Shown here one piece after another: positions 62,061 to 64,000 of a DNA stretch of 64,000 nt (the stretch's first letter is position 1; each line of letters opens with the position of its first letter). Both the position numbers and the translations under genes were made by a program. The notes beneath the pieces were generated by a model. It did not search any database and was not told where the DNA came from. It saw only the letters and a program-made list of their open reading frames with translations. Origin of the DNA: Terriglobia bacterium (GTDB lineage Bacteria; Acidobacteriota; Terriglobia; Terriglobales; Acidobacteriaceae); NCBI GenBank assembly GCA_963822555.1, contig CAWGHY010000002.1, forward strand, positions 2,865,743 to 2,929,742, written 5' to 3'.

Positions 62061-62777
62061 TCAGTTGTCCGCGAGGACGTAACCCACGCCTCGCATGGTT
62101 CGCAGGAGCTTGGGAGATAAAACGTCACGGTCAATCTTGTCGCGGACATACTTGATGTAAACGTCCACAAGATTGCTGCTCGCGTCATAGGTCGACTTCC
62201 ACACATTCTCCATAATCATGGCCCGGGTGACGGTGCGTCTTGCGTTCATCATGAGATATTCAAGAACGGCAAACTCCTTCTCGGTCAGCTCGATTCTCGT
62301 GCCGGCACGTTCGACCTGGAAATGCTCACGATCCATGGTCAGGTCGCCGACCCGGAGCACACGGCCGTTGTCATGGTTCTTGCGGCGAAGCAGCGCACGG
62401 ACCCGGGCGGCCAGCTCAGGAAATGAGAACGGCTTCAGAAGGCAATCGTCGGCACCGTGATCCAGGGCTGCGACTCTCTGTTCCAGCGGACTTCTCCCCG
62501 TAAGAACGAGAACCGGAAGGTTCGGCATCGTCGGCCGAAGATGATCGAGGAGCACCAGACCGTCCAGTAGCGGAAGTCCCAGGTCCAGGAGAAGGAGGTC
62601 GTGCGGCCTGGTACGCAAGGCTTGCAAAGCGGTCTCGCCGTCGTGCGCGAGATGCACGGTGTAATGGTAGTTTTGCAGACTTCGTTTGAGCAGATTGGCG
62701 AGCGGTACGTCGTCCTCGGCAACGAGTATCTGCGCGGTCGATGGATGAACGGCTTCTGGCGCTTCCTGTACTTGCAT
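62061..62777 (-). CDS. OmpR/PhoB-family response regulator (REC plus winged helix)
   Basis: ATG 62777 (MQVQEAPE). ILVAEDD, LLLLDLGLPLLDG, VLVLTG and DCLLKPF. Winged-helix region LTEKEFAVLEYLMMN...LRTMRGVGYVL. Confidence 0.9.
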   Translation of the reverse strand: MQVQEAPEAVHPSTAQILVAEDDVPLANLLKRSLQNYHYTVHLAHDGETALQALRTRPHDLLLLDLGLPLLDGLVLLDHLRPTMPNLPVLVLTGRSPLEQRVAALDHGADDCLLKPFSFPELAARVRALLRRKNHDNGRVLRVGDLTMDREHFQVERAGTRIELTEKEFAVLEYLMMNARRTVTRAMIMENVWKSTYDASSNLVDVYIKYVRDKIDRDVLSPKLLRTMRGVGYVLADN

Positions 62778-62868
62778 CAATGTCCCCCTCAAGAAGAGCG
62801 ATCGCGGCACCACGTCGTTTGGCTGGAACACCCTGCGCGCCGCATTGCTCCTGACTACGGGCTTACTA

Positions 62869-62886
62869 ATGCAATTAGAAGGCCTT
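62869..62886 (-). promoter_or_regulatory. Candidate sigma-54 (-24/-12) promoter for the regulator operon
   Basis: The minus strand reads AAGGCCTT-CTAA-TTGCAT, with GGC at -24 and a perfect TTGCA at -12 at consensus spacing. It is about 90 nt upstream of ATG 62777. Confidence 0.35.
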
Positions 62887-63100
62887 AATGCTTGACTAAT
62901 GTATCTCTATGAATTTCCTTGAGATTAGGAAGCCTGATTCACGAGAGTGCCCTCTCGATACATGTCCTGTGCGATGACGAGTGTCATGATAACGAACGGA
63001 AAGAGAGCCGCCGGCGCCGGACGCTGATGGGCTGACGAGCCGAGCTTCCGGCTGTGAGGAGATCGTTCGTGGGGTTTGGGATGACCTGATGGCGAGACAG

Positions 63101-63985
63101 CTATTTGGAGCCGGAAGCAGCCGCGGCTGCCGCATCTTTGTTTCCGCGACAGACCTTCTCGACCTCCTGGAACGAGGGACGCAGGTGTCCAGGAATGGCC
63201 CGGCGGCCAACTTCCACCGCCAGGATGGGTGCGCTTCCCTTCAAGAACGAGATGACCAACACGCGCAACACATGCAGATAAGCCTGCTCCTCGTCGGCGA
63301 TTTTCACCATGTTTGCCGCCAGAGGCCCCATCAATCCATAGCAAAGCAAGATTCCCAGGAATGTCCCTACCAGGGCTGCCGCCACTTTGTGGCCAATCTC
63401 CTCAGGTGGCCCGCCCAGCGACCCCATGGTAATGACGACCCCAAGAACGGCAGCCACAATCCCCAGTCCAGGTAGAGAATCGGCCATGGTGTTGAGCGCT
63501 GACGACGACTGGGTGGAACCATGGTGATGGACTTCCATGTCGAGTTCCAGCAACTGATCAAGATCGAAGGCCTCTACGCCGGTAATGGCCATTCGCAAGG
63601 TGTCGCATAAGAAATCCCGGATGTGATGATCCTTGAGAAAAGCCGGGTACTGGGAAAAGATCGGGCTTGCCGCGGGATCCTCCACATCGTTCTCTATCCC
63701 CATCAAGCCTTCGCGCCGGGCCTTGTTCAGCAGGTCATACATCATTTTCAGAGAATCAAGGTAGCGCTGCGCTGTGATTTTTGATCCGCCGAAGACTCCG
63801 CCCACGCCGGCGACGATACTCTTCAGGATGTGCAAAGGATTGGCCATCAAGAGCGTGCCCACCGCGGCCCCGCCGATGATGACCAATTCCGCCGGTTGCA
63901 GGAGCACCTTGAGATTGCCGTGCTCCATCTTATAGCCGGCTATGATGGCCCCGAAAACGACCAAGATTCCGATAATGGCAAACAT
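63101..63985 (-). CDS. motA: Flagellar motor stator protein MotA
   Basis: 294-aa ORF collinear with E. coli MotA (QPAELVIIGGAAVG, ADSLPGLGIVAAVLGVV, AAALVGTFLGILLCYG, ILAVEVGRRAI, RPSF.E.E). Confidence 0.9.
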   Translation of the reverse strand: MFAIIGILVVFGAIIAGYKMEHGNLKVLLQPAELVIIGGAAVGTLLMANPLHILKSIVAGVGGVFGGSKITAQRYLDSLKMMYDLLNKARREGLMGIENDVEDPAASPIFSQYPAFLKDHHIRDFLCDTLRMAITGVEAFDLDQLLELDMEVHHHGSTQSSSALNTMADSLPGLGIVAAVLGVVITMGSLGGPPEEIGHKVAAALVGTFLGILLCYGLMGPLAANMVKIADEEQAYLHVLRVLVISFLKGSAPILAVEVGRRAIPGHLRPSFQEVEKVCRGNKDAAAAAASGSK

Positions 63986-64000
63986 AGGCCTTAGTTTCCT

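Noticed and set aside
62896-63210. 104-aa ORF downstream of and overlapping motA, considered as a diverged motB
   Set aside because: It overlaps motA out of frame, is Arg/Ser/Pro-rich, and has no transmembrane helix or OmpA-like domain.

Overview
High-GC bacterial chromosomal segment. The gene content and the families of GC-rich hairpins and GTCATCCTGAGCG-type palindromic repeats are reminiscent of Acidobacteriota, but that taxonomic call is inference only. I support about 55 densely packed protein-coding genes and saw no rRNA, tRNA or CRISPR array. Blocks in order: (1) an overlapping pair of LiaF-like membrane proteins, a gamma-carbonic-anhydrase-like protein, an XRE regulator, an HD-domain protein and hutH. 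(2) A leucine/branched acyl-CoA catabolic operon (carboxyltransferase, HMG-CoA lyase, enoyl-CoA hydratase, thioesterase). It is headed by the B12-binding subunit of an acyl-CoA mutase, whose large subunit lies 2.9 kb away and carries the isobutyryl-CoA-mutase (Phe/Gln) signature rather than the methylmalonyl-CoA-mutase one. (3) Housekeeping genes: APC permease, lnt, prfB with its programmed +1 frameshift, rarA, a TrmH-family methyltransferase, tsaC-like and ku. (4) A complete chemotaxis operon (TonB-C-like gene, MCP, cheW, cheR, cheA, cheB, cheY, cheX). (5) A translationally coupled multi-GAF/PAS histidine kinase, stand-alone receiver and sigma-54 activator. These are followed by a candidate sigma-54 promoter and three uncharacterised genes, one of them a DHp-only (kinase-less) protein. 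(6) A GGDEF cyclase, a conserved unknown protein and an outer-membrane beta-barrel. (7) A second regulatory island next to motA: an OmpR-type regulator, a degenerate ATPase-less kinase-like protein, a sigma-54 activator with no DNA-binding domain, a 569-bp AT-rich spacer and another sigma-54 activator. Intergenic DNA is unusually rich in heptanucleotide tandem arrays, GC-rich stem-loops and nested-palindrome MITE-like elements, some of which supply the 3' ends of genes. The most interesting candidates are the two putative multi-step phosphorelay modules built around ATPase-less DHp proteins and sigma-54 activators. All functional calls rest on motif recognition by eye; no database search was possible.
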